Source: an uncultured Chloroflexia bacterium (GTDB lineage: Bacteria > Chloroflexota > Limnocylindria > Limnocylindrales > CSP1-4). From it: a stretch of 64,000 nt of DNA. Below, piece after piece: positions 28,821 to 40,896 of this stretch. The notes below the pieces were generated by a model that was not told where the DNA came from, did no database searches, and saw only the letters and a program-made list of their open reading frames with translations. The DNA lies in the NCBI GenBank assembly GCA_963833225.1, contig CAWHXD010000019.1:416001-480000 (forward strand), read 5' to 3'. How positions within the stretch are numbered: the stretch's first letter is position 1; the number at the start of each line of letters is the position of its first letter. The position numbers and the translations under genes are program-made.

Positions 28821-30039
28821 CAGGCGCGTGGCCAGCGCATCCATGACCTCCCAGCTGATCGAGTCCCGCCGATCCGCCAGGTCGTGGACCGTCATCGCGC
28901 CCTCCGCGCCGAGGAGCACCACCTCGTCGCCTGCATCGAAGCCGCGCACATCGGTGACGTCGAGCGCGGTCGCGTCACTGCTGATGCGGCCCACGATCGG
29001 GACCCGATGCCCCCGGGCCAGGCCCCAGCCGTCGGTCGCGTAGGCGCGTGCCCAGCCGTCGGCGTAACCCAGCGGCAGCGTGGCGATGACTGACGACCGG
29101 GTCGCCGTCCAGGTGCCCCCGTAGCCCACGGCTGCCCCAGCCTCGATCGTGGTGACGGTCGTGGCCCGGGCCCGGATTGACAGCGCCGGCCGGAGGCCGC
29201 TCATCGCATTCGCCAGGCGGGACGCGATCGGGATGTCGGGCGGCACGATACCGTAGAAGGCGAGCCCGATCCGGACGAGGTCGTACGCGGGCGACACCCC
29301 CGCGAGCAGCCCACCGGTCGCGTCGAGGTGACGCAGGCCGGGATCGATGCCGGCGGCCCGGAGCGCCGCGAGCAGGCCTTCGAAGCGCGCGACCTGTTTG
29401 CCGACCGCCGCAGGATCGTCAGGGGTGGCCAGGTGCGACCAGGTACCGGCGAGCGCGGGCAGGCCAGCATCGAGCAGCCGTTGGGCCGCGACCACGCCGT
29501 CACCGGGGCTGAGCCCACCCCGGGAAAGGCCGGTGTCGATGCCGAGGTGGACCCGCGGTGCGGCTGCTGGCCCGGCGTCCGACGGGGAATTGTCGGGCGG
29601 TCGGATGGTCACCGACCCCAGCCAGCCGGTGAGCGCTGCGCATCGAGGCCTCATCCGCCACCACGATGTCCAGGGCCGCCTCGATCGCGACCCCGAGCAC
29701 CGTCGGCGGCACCGGGTACTGGACCAGGATCCGGCTCTCGATCCCGCTGTCACGGAGCGCCAGCCCCTCGTCCAACGTGGCAACCACGAGGGTGGTCGCC
29801 CCCCCGGCAACGGCGGCTCGGGCGGCTGCGACGAGACCGTGGCCGTAGCCGTCAGCCTTGACCACGACGCCCAGCGAGGTCTCGGCCGGCAGGGCATCCC
29901 GGAGCCGGCGCGCGTTGTCCGCGAGCACGGCAAGATCCACCTCGACCCACGCCAGCCTGGGCAGCGGCGGCAGCCCAGCGTCGGTGAGGCGTGACTCGAT
30001 CGATCCATCGTGTCGGGTCAGGGCGGCGTCCATGCTCAT
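28746..30039 (-). CDS. alr: Alanine racemase (frameshift ~29640)
   Basis: AWVEVDL, VVKADGYGHG (PLP lysine) in one frame; VHLGIDTGLSRGG, WSHLA, VGYGGTW, LGYADG, VGRISSD in another. Confidence 0.88.
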
Positions 30040-30078
30040 GGTTCGGGGTCTCTCCGATGGCGTGTCGCCAGGGCGTGG

Positions 30079-30115
30079 CAGCAAACCTTTACTGTCCCGC
30101 AGCAAAGGTTTACTA
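30079..30115. promoter_or_regulatory. Tandem LacI-type operators upstream of the GMC operon
   Basis: CAGCAAACCTTTACTG and CAGCAAAGGTTTACTA, 21-bp period. Confidence 0.7.
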
Positions 30116-30191
30116 TGACGCCTCTTCCATCGTAACCGCCAGTCCCGCTCCAGGCGATCCCGAGCTCGAGTCCCGACGGAAGGAGTCAGCC

Positions 30192-31814
30192 TTGGCCACC
30201 GATCCCGCGGATGTCCTCATCATCGGCGCCGGCGCCTCCGGCGGCGTGGTTGCCCGGCGGCTGGCGGAAGCCGGCTTCGGGGTGGTCTGCCTGGAGCAGG
30301 GCCGCTGGCACGACCGGGCGGAGTACCGAGGGGCGGAGCTCGACTGGGAGCTGACCATGCGCAGGCAGTGGTCCACGAGCCCCAACATTCGCGGCCTCCC
30401 CGAGGACTACCCGATGGACGAGACGGACGCGGAGATCTCGCCGCTGATGTTCTCCGCCGTCGGCGGCTCGATGCTCATCTTCGCCGGCGCCTGGCCGCGA
30501 ATGCTGCCGTCGGACTTTCGCGTCCGCTCCCTCGACGGGATCGCGGACGACTGGCCGCTGACCTACGACGAGCTCCTCCCGTACTACGAGCGCAGCGACC
30601 GTGACATCGGGGTCTCCGGCATGGGCGGCGATCCGGCCTATCCGCCGGGGGCGAGCGACTCCGCCGTTGCCGCCGTTGCCGCTGGGTCCGCGGCGGCCTC
30701 AAGGTCGCCGCGGGCCGATGCGCGCCTGGGCTGGCACTGGTGGCCGGAGCCCAACTCGATCCTGTCCGTCCCCTACGACGGCCGGCGGCCGTGCGTCCAG
30801 CGCGGGACCTGCCAGCAGGGCTGCGGCGAGGGTGCCAAGGCCTCGACTGATCTGACGCACTGGCCAAAGGCCATCGGGGCGGGGGCGCAGCTGATCACCG
30901 GGGCACGGGTGCAGCGGATCGAGACCAACGCGAAGGGTCTCGCCACCGGGCGCCACCTGGATCGATGAGGATGGCCGTGAGCACTTCCAGCCCGCGAAGG
31001 TCGTGGTGCGTCGCCGCGAACGCGATCGGCACCGCCCGGCTCCTGCTGCTGTCCGCGTCGCCGGCGCATCGTGACGGCCTTGCGAACTCGTCCGGGCTGG
31101 TGGGCAAGCGGCTGATGATGCACCCGTTCGCCAACGTCGGGGGGCTGTTCGACGAAGACCTCCAAAGCTGGCAGGGCCAGTTCGGGTGCTCCATCGAGTC
31201 GTTCGAGTTCTACGAGACCGACGAGCGGCGCGGGTTCGTCCGCGGCGCCAAGTGGGGCCTGGCCCGACCTTCGGGCCGATCAACGCGGCGCTCCCCAGCC
31301 GGGCCGGCACGCCAGGTCTGGGGGCCCGATCACCACCTCCACGTCGCGGTCCCACCTCGGGCGCGGTGCCAACTGGGGCCTGTTCGGCGAGGATCTGCCG
31401 GACGAGGCCAACCACGTGACGCTCTCGGCGGTCGCTGACCGACTCGTCGGGCATCCCGGCGCCCGAAGATCCACTACGCGGTGTCGGAGAACTCGCGTCG
31501 GCTGCTGGACTTCCACATCGAGAAGGCGTCGGAGTCACTGATGGAGGCCGGGGCGCACACCGTCGAGGTGGACCGCCTGATGCGCTACTCCGGATGGCAC
31601 CTGCTGGGGACGGCCCGCATGGGCGACGACCCGCGGACGTCCGTGCGTGGACCGCTGGAACCGGACCCACGACGTCCCCAACCTGTACGTCGCAGACGGC
31701 AGCAGCTTCGTGACCTCGGGCGGCGTCAACCCCACCTCGTCCATCTGTGCGCTCGCCCTGCGCGCCGCCGATCACATGGTCGAGACGCGCTTCAACCAGC
31801 AGGTGCCGGCATGA
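30192..31814 (+). CDS. GMC-family FAD oxidoreductase (multiple indels)
   Basis: GGAAGGAG RBS plus TTG; DVLIIGAGASGG, VGGS, DDWPLTYDELLPYYE, CVQRGTCQQGC, LANSSGLVGKRLMMHP, HLLGTARMG, NLYVADGS.FVTSGGVNPT across frames. Confidence 0.88.
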
Positions 31815-32303
31815 CGGCCCCCAACGAGGCCCCGGCCCTCGACGCGGCCCAGCGCGCGGTCTTCGCCGGCGTGGCCGGGCTGCTCATCCCGGCCGCCCAC
31901 GGCATGCCCTCGGCCGGGGTCGTCGTGGACCAGGCCCGGCTCCGGTTCGTCCTCACGGCGCGCCCGGACCTGGCCGAGCCGCTGGTGGCCGCGCTTCGCC
32001 CCGAGCTGGGCGAGGATCCCGCCGCTCGTCTCTCGACCCTCGAGCGCGACGAGCCGGCCCACCATGCCGCGCTGATCCAGACGATCGTGTTCGGCTACTA
32101 CACCGACAAGGGTGTCCGCGACCTGCTGCGGTATCCGGGCCAGGAGGCGAAGACGCTGTACTCCTGGAAGTTGCCCGAGTACATCGAGGATGGCTCGATC
32201 GATGCGGTGCTGGCCCGTGGCGCTGTGTGGCGCGACCCGGCCACCGGGCAGCGGTCCGACGGCCGTATATGCGCCCATCGCTCACACCGAGGAGACGCCA
32301 TGA
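31811..32303 (+). CDS. Gluconate 2-dehydrogenase subunit-3-like accessory protein (indel near 3' end)
   Basis: LLIPAAHGMPSA, GYYTD..VR.LL.YPG. ATGA-coupled to the GMC gene and to the next gene. Confidence 0.65.
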
Positions 32304-33766
32304 CCGCCGATCCCGCCACCGCCGGCTGGCTCGACTCGTTCCTTGCGGACTGGACCCCGGGCACCGGGGAGCCCCACGAGATCCGAGAGCCTGCGACCGG
32401 TCGCCCGCTGCTCACCCTCCCGCAGGCGACCCCGGAGGACGTTGGCCGTGCCGCTGCGGTCGCGGCCGCCGTGCAGCCGGCCTGGGCACAGACGAGCTAC
32501 GCCGAGCGGGCCCGCATCCTTCGTCGGGCGGCCGAGATCTACGAGGCCCACCGGGATGAGCTGGGCAGCTGGACGCAGCGGGAGACCGGTGCTGTTCACG
32601 GCAAGATGCACCACGAGCAGAACTTCGCCATCGCGGAGGTCCACAACGCCGCGGCCATGCCGTGGCAGCCGTACGGCTCGCTCGTGCCCTCGGTCACCGC
32701 CGGGCGGCTTTCCATGGTCCGGCGCGTCCCGATCGGGGTGATCGGGGCGATCACGCCCTGGAACTCGCCCTCGGTGCTGGGGATGCGGGTGGTCGCACCC
32801 GCTCTCGCGCTGGGCAACGCGGTCATCCTCAAGCCGGACCCGCAGACCCCGGTCTGTGGCGGCGCCATGTTCGAGGCCGTCTTCCGCGAGGCCGGACTCC
32901 CCGACGGGCTGTTGCAGGTGGTCGTGGGCGGCGCCGAGACCGGCGAGGCGATCGTGACCGACCCCAACGTCCACGCCGTCTCGTTCACCGGATCCACCGC
33001 GGCGGGCCGTCGGGTGGGCGAGCTGGCCGGCGGCCGGCTCAAGAAGGTCTCGCTCGAGCTCGGTGGCAACAACGCGTTCGTCGTGCTCGACGACGCGGAC
33101 CTCGAGGCCGCCGCCTCGGCCGGCGCCTATGCTTCCTTCCAGTTCCAGGGCCAGGTCTGCTTCGCCGCCGGCCGGCACATCGTCCACCGCAGCGTTGCCG
33201 ACCGCTACGTGGCGCTGCTCGCCGAGAAGGCGCAGCGTCTCACGCTGGGCGACCCCTACCGCGAGCAGGTTGACCTGGGGCCCATCGTCAACGAGAGGCA
33301 GCTCGCCCGGGTGGACGGGATCGTCCGCCGATCGGTCGAGGCGGGATCCCGGATCGTCGTTGGAGGCACGCACGAGGGCCTGTTCTACCGGCCGACGGTG
33401 CTGGCCGACGTCACGACCAGCGCCGCCGCGTGGACCGACGAGGTCTTCGGGCCGGTCGCCCCGGTCGTGGTCTTCGACACCGACGACGAGGCGCTCGCGC
33501 TCGCCAACGACAGCGAGTACGGGCTCGCCGGCGCGGTGTACTCGCGGTCCATCTCGCGCGGGCTGGCGATCGCCCAGCAGATCCGGAGCGGCATGGTCCA
33601 CGTCAACGACCAGACGGTCAACGACGAGGCGGTCATCCCGTTCGGGGGCATGGGCGCGTCGGGCAACGGCTCGCGGTTCGGCGGCCCGGCCAACTGGGAC
33701 GAGTTCAGCCAGTGGCAGTGGGTCACGGTCCGGGACGAGCCCCGGTCGTTCCCGTTCCCGTACTGA
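32300..33766 (+). CDS. Aldehyde dehydrogenase (benzaldehyde dehydrogenase-like)
   Basis: ITPWNSP, SFTGST, LELGGNN, FQGQVCFA (catalytic Cys), EVFGP, PFGGMGASG. GGAG RBS. Confidence 0.93.
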   Translation: MTADPATAGWLDSFLADWTPGTGEPHEIREPATGRPLLTLPQATPEDVGRAAAVAAAVQPAWAQTSYAERARILRRAAEIYEAHRDELGSWTQRETGAVHGKMHHEQNFAIAEVHNAAAMPWQPYGSLVPSVTAGRLSMVRRVPIGVIGAITPWNSPSVLGMRVVAPALALGNAVILKPDPQTPVCGGAMFEAVFREAGLPDGLLQVVVGGAETGEAIVTDPNVHAVSFTGSTAAGRRVGELAGGRLKKVSLELGGNNAFVVLDDADLEAAASAGAYASFQFQGQVCFAAGRHIVHRSVADRYVALLAEKAQRLTLGDPYREQVDLGPIVNERQLARVDGIVRRSVEAGSRIVVGGTHEGLFYRPTVLADVTTSAAAWTDEVFGPVAPVVVFDTDDEALALANDSEYGLAGAVYSRSISRGLAIAQQIRSGMVHVNDQTVNDEAVIPFGGMGASGNGSRFGGPANWDEFSQWQWVTVRDEPRSFPFPY

Positions 33767-33773
33767 GCCGGTC

Positions 33774-34874
33774 ATGGCATCGATCACCGAGGTCGCCAGG
33801 CTCGCGGGCGTGTCCGTCGCGACCGCCTCGCGCGTCGTGTCGGCAGCCGACTACCCGGTCAGCCCGGCCACCCGGGAGCGCGTCCTCGACGCGGCCCGCT
33901 CGCTGGACTACGTGCCCAACGCCCTCGCCCGCGGGCTGCTCAAGAGCCGGGTGCCGGTGGTCGGAGTGATCGTCCACGACATCACGGACCCGTACTTCGC
34001 CGAGGTGGTCCGCGGGGTGGAGGATGGCGCCGGGAGCTCCGGCTTCCTGGTCATCACCTGCAGCTCGGAGCGTGACGCCGAGCGGGAGCGGTCCTACGTG
34101 CGCCTGCTGCGCTCGATGCAGGCGGCGGCGGTGGTGTTCGCCGGCAGCGGGCTCGACGATCGCGGCGCCAACGAGGAGATGGGCGTCACTGGCCGCGATG
34201 CGTGCCGACGGCGCGGCCGTGGTCCACCTCTCGCCCCACGCCGGTGGCGAGCCCGACGTGGGCGTGGACAACACCGCGGGGATCGCGCGCATGGTCGAGG
34301 CGCTGGTCGAGCTGGGGCATCGGCAGATCGCGTTCCTCGCCGGCCCCCGGGCCCTGATCGTGTCGCAACGGCGGCTGGACGGCTACCGCCAGGGTCTCGA
34401 GTCCGCCGGGATCCCGTACGACGAGCGGCTGGTGCTGCGCACGACCTTTGACCGTGACGGCGGCGCCCTGGCCGTGGACGCGCTGCTCGGGGGCGAGGCG
34501 CCGTTCACCGCCATCTGCTGTGCCAACGACCTGCTGGCGCTGGGCGCCCTTGCCCGGCTGGCCGAGCGGGGGATCCAGGTCCCGGGCGACGTCTCGGTCG
34601 CGGGGTTCGACGACATCGCGGTCGCGGCCATGACCGCCCCGTCCCTGTCCACCGTCCGCCTGCCGCTCCGTGAGCTCGGTCGCCGCGGATACCACCACGC
34701 CGACCGCTGCTCGCCGGCCTGGCCCCGGAGCCCGAGACCCTGCCCACCGAGCTTGTGCTGCGGGCCTCCACCGGTGCGCCGCCGGTGGTCCCACTGCCCG
34801 CGACCCTGCTGCCCGCGACCTCGCTGCCCACCTCCCTTCCCGCTGCCACCCCCGCTCCAGGAGCCAGCGCATGA
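33774..34874 (+). CDS. LacI-family transcriptional regulator (indels ~34190, ~34710)
   Basis: MASITEVARLAGVSVATASRV, YVPNALARGL, VPGDVSVAGFDD, PSLSTVRLP. Confidence 0.9.
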
Positions 34875-35795
34875 GCCTCAATCTCCGGGGCCTGATCCCC
34901 GCCTGCGTGATCACGTTCGACGCCGACGGGCGGTTCGACGAGGCGGCCTACCGCCACTACCTGCAGTGGCTGCTCCCGCAGGGCCCCGTCGCCCTTGCGA
35001 TCAACGCCGACACGGGCGAGGGACCGCATCTCTGGCCGGACGAGCGGGAACGCGTGCTGCGGGTCGCCGTGGACGAGGCCGGCGACGTGCCGGTCATCGC
35101 GGGGCTGTCCGCGCAGTTCACGGCGCAGGCCGTGGAGGAGGCGAAGCGCGCCGAGGGCGCGGGAGCGCGCGGCCTGCTCGTGTTCCCGATCCCCGCCTAC
35201 CAGGGCACGCCGCTCGACCCGGCCATCCCGGTCGCGTACCACGAGGCGATCGCCCGCGGCTGTGGCCTGCCGCTGGTCGCGTTCCAGCTCCAGCCCGCGC
35301 TGGGCGGCGTGGTGTTCGCGGAGGAGATCGCTGCGCCGGATCGCCGCCATCGACAGCGTCGTCGCCCTCAAGGAGGCCTCGTTCGACGCCCGCCTGTATC
35401 TCCAGACGCGCCGGATGATCGAGCGCCTGGACCGGCCGATCGACCTGCTGACTGGCGACGACAACTTCATCTTCGAGTCGTTCCTGATGGGCGCCGAGGG
35501 GGCGCTGATCGGGTTCGGGACGCTCGCGGTGGACCTCCAGGTGGAGATGATCCGGCTGTGCGTCGACGGGCGCTGGGACGAGGCGCGGGCGATCTGGGAG
35601 CGGATCCTGCCGCTCGAGGAGCTGATCTTCGGCTCGCCGGTCCGCGACTACCGTGCCCGGACCAAGGTCGCGCTGCGCGAGCTGGGCGTCATCGATGGGG
35701 TCACGGCGTGCGGCCGCCGCTGCGACCCGATCGCCGAGACCGAGACCGCCGTCATCCGCGCCGCCCTCGATGCGCTCGCGGCGGGCGGGCGCTGA
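34871..35795 (+). CDS. DapA/NAL-family class I aldolase/dehydratase (indel ~35330)
   Basis: LRGLIPA..TFD.DG.FD, NADTGEG, VPVIAG, VVALKEAS (Schiff-base Lys), LLTGDD. Confidence 0.85.
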
Positions 35796-36557
35796 TGGCG
35801 GATGCGCTGGCCGGGCGGGTCGTCCTGGTCACCGGCAGCAGCCGCGGCATCGGTGCGGAGGTCGCGGTCGCGGGCCGGCGGCGGAGGGCGCGACCGTCGC
35901 CGTCCACTACCGCAGCTCGGCCGACGGCGCGGCGGCCACGTCGCCCGGATCCGTGCAGCGGGTGCGACGGGCGAGGCCTTCGCCGCAGACCTCACCGACG
36001 GGACGCAGGCCGAGGGCCTGGTGGCCGCGGTCATCGAGCGCTTCGGACGCGCTCGACGGCCTCGTCAACAACGCCGGGCGGACCCAGGTCGGGCCGTTCC
36101 TCGAGATCGACGCCCGCCGACGTGGGACGAGGTGCTGCGGACGGACCTCACGGCCGCCTTCCACACCTGCCGCGCCGCCCTGCCGCAGATGCTGGAGCAG
36201 GGCTCGGGATCCATCGTCAACATCGCGTCGCGGCTGGGCCAGATCGGGATCGCCGAGACCGCGGCCTACAGCGCCGCCAAGGCCGGCCTGATCGGCCTCA
36301 CCCGGGCGCTGGCCGCCGAGCTCGGCCCGCGCGGCGTGCGGGTCAACGCGGTCGCGCCCGGGCATGACGCATCACCGAGATGACGGCCGACCTGGCCGTG
36401 AGCGAGGAAGGGCGGCGCCGGCTGGCCGCGATGCCGCTGGGGCGCTACGGGCGCGCGGACGAGGTCGCTGAGGCGGTCGTCTTCCTGCTCGACCGACGCG
36501 TCGAGCCTGTTCCTGGGCCAGACGCTCAATCCCAACGGCGGGGGGTACATGCCGTGA
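35795..36557 (+). CDS. Short-chain dehydrogenase/reductase (multiple indels)
   Basis: VLVTGSSRGIG, LDGLVNNAG, GSIVNIAS, YSAAKAG, VRVNAVAPG, PLGRYG..DEVA. Confidence 0.85.
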
Positions 36558-38148
36558 GCAGGTGATCGGCGTCCGCGACGCGGTCGGGCTCGTGCGCGAC
36601 GGCGCGACCGTGGTCATCGGCGGGTCGGGGGCCGGCCACGCGCTGCCGCAGCGGTTCATCGACGAGCTTGCGGCGGTCTACGCCGAGACGGGTCAGCCGC
36701 GCGACCTGACCACGGTCCGGGTCGTGGGCATCGGCGACTTCGCCGACCGCGGGCTTCTCCCAGCTCGGGCTGCCCGGGCTGCAGCGCCGGACGATCGGCA
36801 GCAACATCGGCAACGAGCCGCGGCTGGGCGCGCTCGTGGAGGCGGACGAGATGGAGGCCTACTCGTTCCCGCAGGGCGTGCTCTCGCAGCTGATGCGCGA
36901 GATCGCCGCCGGGCGGCCCGGGCCTGGTCACGCCACGTGGGCCTCGGCACCTACGTGGACCCGCGCCAGACCGGCGGCAAGCAGAACGCGCGGACCACCG
37001 AGGACCTCGTCGAGGTCGTCACGCTGCGCGGCCGCGAGTGGCTCCTGTTCCACGCCTTCCCGATCGACGTCGCCGTCATCCGGGGCACGACCGCGGACGA
37101 GGACGGCAACGTGACGATGGAGGGGGAGGCGGTCCAGGGCGAGATGCTCGCGATGGCGATGGCCGCCCGCAACAGCGGCGGCATCGTGATCGCCCAGGTC
37201 CGCCAGCTGGCGCCGCCGCGGGTAGCCTGCCCCTGCGCGACGTCAAGGTGCCCGGCGGCGCTGGTCGACCACGTCGACGTGGACCCCGACCAGTGGCAGA
37301 CCTACATCACCCGGGACTCGCCGTACTACGCCGGCGCGCTGCGCCGACCCGTCGCGGGCCGATCCGCCGCTCCCGCTCGACGTGCGCAAGATCATCGCCC
37401 GCCGCTCGCTGCTCGAGTTCCCGCCCGGGGCGATCTGCAACCTCGGCTTCGGGATCAGCCAGCTGATCGGGCGGGTGGCCTGGGAGGAGGGGATCACCGA
37501 CCGGCTGGTGCTCACGGTCGAGCAGGGCATCTTCGGCGGGGTGCCGGTGGCCGGCAACGAGGGCGGCGCCGGGCTTCAACTACCAGGCGATGATCGACCA
37601 GCCGTACATGTTCGACTTCTACGACGGCGGCGGGCTGGACATCGCGAGCCTGTCGTTCGCGGAGGTCGACGCCGAGGGCAACGTCAACGTGCACGCCTTC
37701 GAGGGCCGGGTCCGCGGGCCGGGCGGCTTCCCCAACATCAGCGCGCGCACCCGGCGCATCAACTTCGTGGGCACGCTCACGGCCCAGGGGCTGCGAGCTC
37801 GAGATCGACGGCGGCGTCCGGGTCGTCAGCGAGGGAGCGCTGCCCAAGTTCGTGCCCGACGTCCGCGAGATCTCGTTCAACGGCCGGCTGGCCCGCGAGC
37901 GCGGCCAGCAGGTCCGCTACATCACCGAGCGGGCGGTGTTCGCGCTGGAGGAGGACGGCCTCGTGCTGATCGAGGTCGCGCCCGGGCATCGACGTCGAGC
38001 GCGACGTCCTCGGCCGGATGGGCTTCCGGCCACGCGTCGCCGGACGACCTGCGCCCGATGGACGCCCGCGTCTACGCGCACGGGCGCGATGGGCCTGGCC
38101 GCGGACTTCGGGCTCGGCGCGGCGCGGACGGCGGGGCGGTACGCCTGA
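36554..38148 (+). CDS. Family I acyl-CoA transferase (propionate/YdiF-like; multiple indels)
   Basis: VRDGATVVIGG, PQGVLSQL, VGLGTYVDPR, IRGTTADEDGN, NLGFGI, TVEQG (catalytic Glu), FDFYDGGGLD, GPGGFPNIS, YITERAVF. Confidence 0.87.
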
Positions 38149-38941
38149 GCGGGGCGTACCGTCGCGCTCACCCTGGGCGTGGTGGCGAACCTGGAGCTGG
38201 TGAACCCGCCGCTCAACCTGGTGACCGCGGAGCTGCTCGCAGCAGCTGGACGACGGCACTGGCGACGCTCGAGGCGGCCGAGCCCGGCGACGTCCGGGCC
38301 GTGGTCGTGACCGCGAGCGGCGAGCGCGCGTTCTCGGCCGGATCGCACGTCGGCGAGTTCGAGGCCCAGCGAGGGCCGGCGCGGCCGGGCGCGCCTGGCG
38401 CTGGAGGCAGGCGATCGTGGCCCGCCTCGCGGCGCTGCCGATGCCGACGATCGCCGCCATCGAGGGCAACGCGCTGGGCGGCGGGCTGGAGCTGGCCCTG
38501 TGCTGCGACCTGCGCGTCGCCTCGGAGCGGCGCGCGGCTGGGAATGCCCGGAGGTGCGCCTCGCCGTGATGCCGGGCGCCGGCGGCACGCAGCGGCTGCC
38601 ACGGGTCGTCGGGCTCGGCCCGCGCCAAGGAGCTGATCCTCACCGGCCGGGTGCATGACGCGGCGCGAGGCCGAGCGGATCGGCCTCGTCACCGCGTCGT
38701 CGCCGCGCCGGCGAGGCCGCGCGGCTCGCCACGGAGATCGGCGAGGAGATCGCGGAGCGCGGTCCGCTGGCCGTGCGCGAGGCCAAGCGCCTCGATCGAT
38801 GCGGCGCCGAGACTGGACCTCGACGCCGGCCTCGGCCGCCGAGCTCGACGCCTCGCGAACGCATCTTCGCGACCGACGACATGCTCGAGGGCGCCGCGGC
38901 CTTCCTCGCCAAGCGCGACCCCGGACTATCGAGGCCGATGA
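38145..38941 (+). CDS. Enoyl-CoA hydratase/isomerase family protein (multiple indels)
   Basis: [57 protein letters not shown]. Confidence 0.82.
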
Positions 38942-38971
38942 CGGCCGACCAGCAGCGAGGAGTCTGCCCAC

Positions 38972-40018
38972 ATGAGTGACATCGGCCGCTTCGGCGTCTT
39001 CCTGCCGTCCTACATCTGGGAGGGCGACGGTCGCGGAGCGGGCGCGCGGCATCAAGGCGTTCGCCCGGACCGTGGAGGAGCTCGGCTTCGACTCGCTGTT
39101 CATCACCGACCACCTGCTGGCCGCGCGGCGGTTCTACTCGGTCAACTGGCTGGAGCCGCTCGACGGCGCTCGCGGTGGCCGCCGGGCGTCACCGAGCGGG
39201 TGCGCCTCGGGCACGTCGATCCTGATCATGCCGCTGCGCAACCCGGTCATCCTCGCCAAGGAGCTCGCCACCCTCCAGTTCCTGTCCGACAACCGGGTGA
39301 TCCTCGGCGCCGGGGTCGGCTGGAACGAGGCCGAGTACGAGGCGGTCGGCGTCCACAAGTCCGAGCGGGGCAAGCGCACGGACGAGATGCTGGACATCAT
39401 GCTGCCCGCTGCTCGAGGGCGAGACCGTGACCTACCACGGCCGGTACTACTCGGTCGACGACGTGTTCATCGAGCCGCGCGCCTCCCAGCGGCCCGAGAT
39501 CTGGATCGGCGGCGGCTCGCAGCTGGCGGATCCCAAGTCGCCGGACCTGCCGCGGTTCGTGGAGGCCGTCAAGGCCCGCACGATGCGCACCGACGGCTGG
39601 ATCCCGCGACCCACCTGCCCGCCCGAGGACATCGCGCGTGACTGGGCGCGAGCTCCAGGCGTACTACCGCGAGCACGGCCGCGACCCCGAACGAGTGCGT
39701 GGTCGCCCACGAGAACTTCCTGCACCTCGTCCTGACCGACGACCCGGCGAAGGCCCGCGAGGAGCAGCACCGGGCGTTCCTGAAGGTGATGAGCGCCGAG
39801 CGCGGGCGAGGACTACCTCGAGTCCGTCTACCTGTTCGGGACGCCGGACGAGGTGATCGCCTCGCTCCAGGCGCGGATCGACGCCGGCGTCGAGTACTTC
39901 ATGCTCCACACCATGACCCCCGACCCGGCCCAGCTCCGCCACTGGGTCGGACGAGATCATCCCGGCGCTGACGGTTCCCGCCCACGGCCGGTCCGGTCCG
40001 ACGCTCTCGTCGCGGTGA
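38972..40018 (+). CDS. LLM-class flavin/F420-dependent oxidoreductase (multiple indels)
   Basis: EELGFDSLFITDH, PLRNPVILAKELATL, GAGVGWNE.EY, GKRTDE, IWIGG, GTPDEV. Confidence 0.85.
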
Positions 40019-40892
40019 CCGTGACGGTGACGGCGCGCGTTGCCCTGCTGGGCAAGCCACTGCGGCGGCGCCACTCGCAGGTGATGCACGACGCCGCGTT
40101 CGCCGCGGCCGGGATCGACGGCCAGTACGTGCTGCCGAGCTGGAGACCCGAGCAGGTCGCGGCGGCCGTCGCCGCGGCCCGCGGCCCGGCTGGCTGGGCC
40201 TCGGCGTCACGGCACCCTACAAGCGCGCTGGTGGCCGGGCCTGTCGACGAGGTCGAGGCCGACGCGACGCGCGATCGGCGCCGTGAACAACGTCGTCCGC
40301 ACCGACCGATGGCCGCCTCGTGGGCTTCAACACCGACGCGCCCGGTTTCCGGGTCGGCGTGGAGCTGGCGATGGGCAGGTCCCTCGAGGGCGCCGACGTC
40401 GTGATCGCCGGAGCCGGGGGGCGGCCCACGCGGTCGTCTACGCGTGCCTGACCGCCGGGGCCCGCTCGGCTGACGATCGGCAACCGGACGGTCCGGCCGC
40501 CGCCCGGCGCTGGCGCGACGCGATTCGCGTGGCATCGGCGCGCGGGCGCACTCACGGCCCTGGCGCTCGACGACGCGGCCTTCGCAGACGCGCTCCACGG
40601 CCGACCTCGCCGTCAACGCCACGACGGTCGGCATGGTCGATGCCGGGCACCGCGCTCCCCATCGAGCTCTGCGCGCCGGCGCGACCGTCTTCGATCTCGT
40701 CTACGTGCCGGCCGAGACGCCGCTGCGTCGCGGCGGCGCGCGCCCGCGGCCTGCGGGCCGCGAACGGCTCGGAGATGCTCATCGCCCAGGCGGCGATCGC
40801 GTTCGAGCGCTGGACCGGCGTCGGCGGGATGGCGGACGTGATGCGGGCCGCGGTCGCGCCCGCTGCTCGCCGACCCGGCGGCGCGGGCCTGA
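40015..40892 (+). CDS. aroE: Shikimate dehydrogenase family protein (multiple indels)
   Basis: LLGKP...HSQVMH.AAF, VTAPYK, IGAVN, GFNTD, VNATTVGM, VFDLVY.P.ET, NG.EMLIAQAA.AFERWTG. Confidence 0.8.
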
Positions 40893-40896
40893 CCCG

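Noticed and set aside
31481-33766. 761-aa ORF appearing to fuse the GMC C-terminus, small subunit and aldehyde dehydrogenase
   Set aside because: Internal ATGA start/stop junctions at 31811 and 32300 (RBS before 32300) show three genes joined by indels.
34794-34830. 15-bp imperfect tandem repeat CTGCCCGCGACC-NNN
   Set aside because: Encodes a low-complexity LPAT tail at the LacI C-terminus; no sign of other function.
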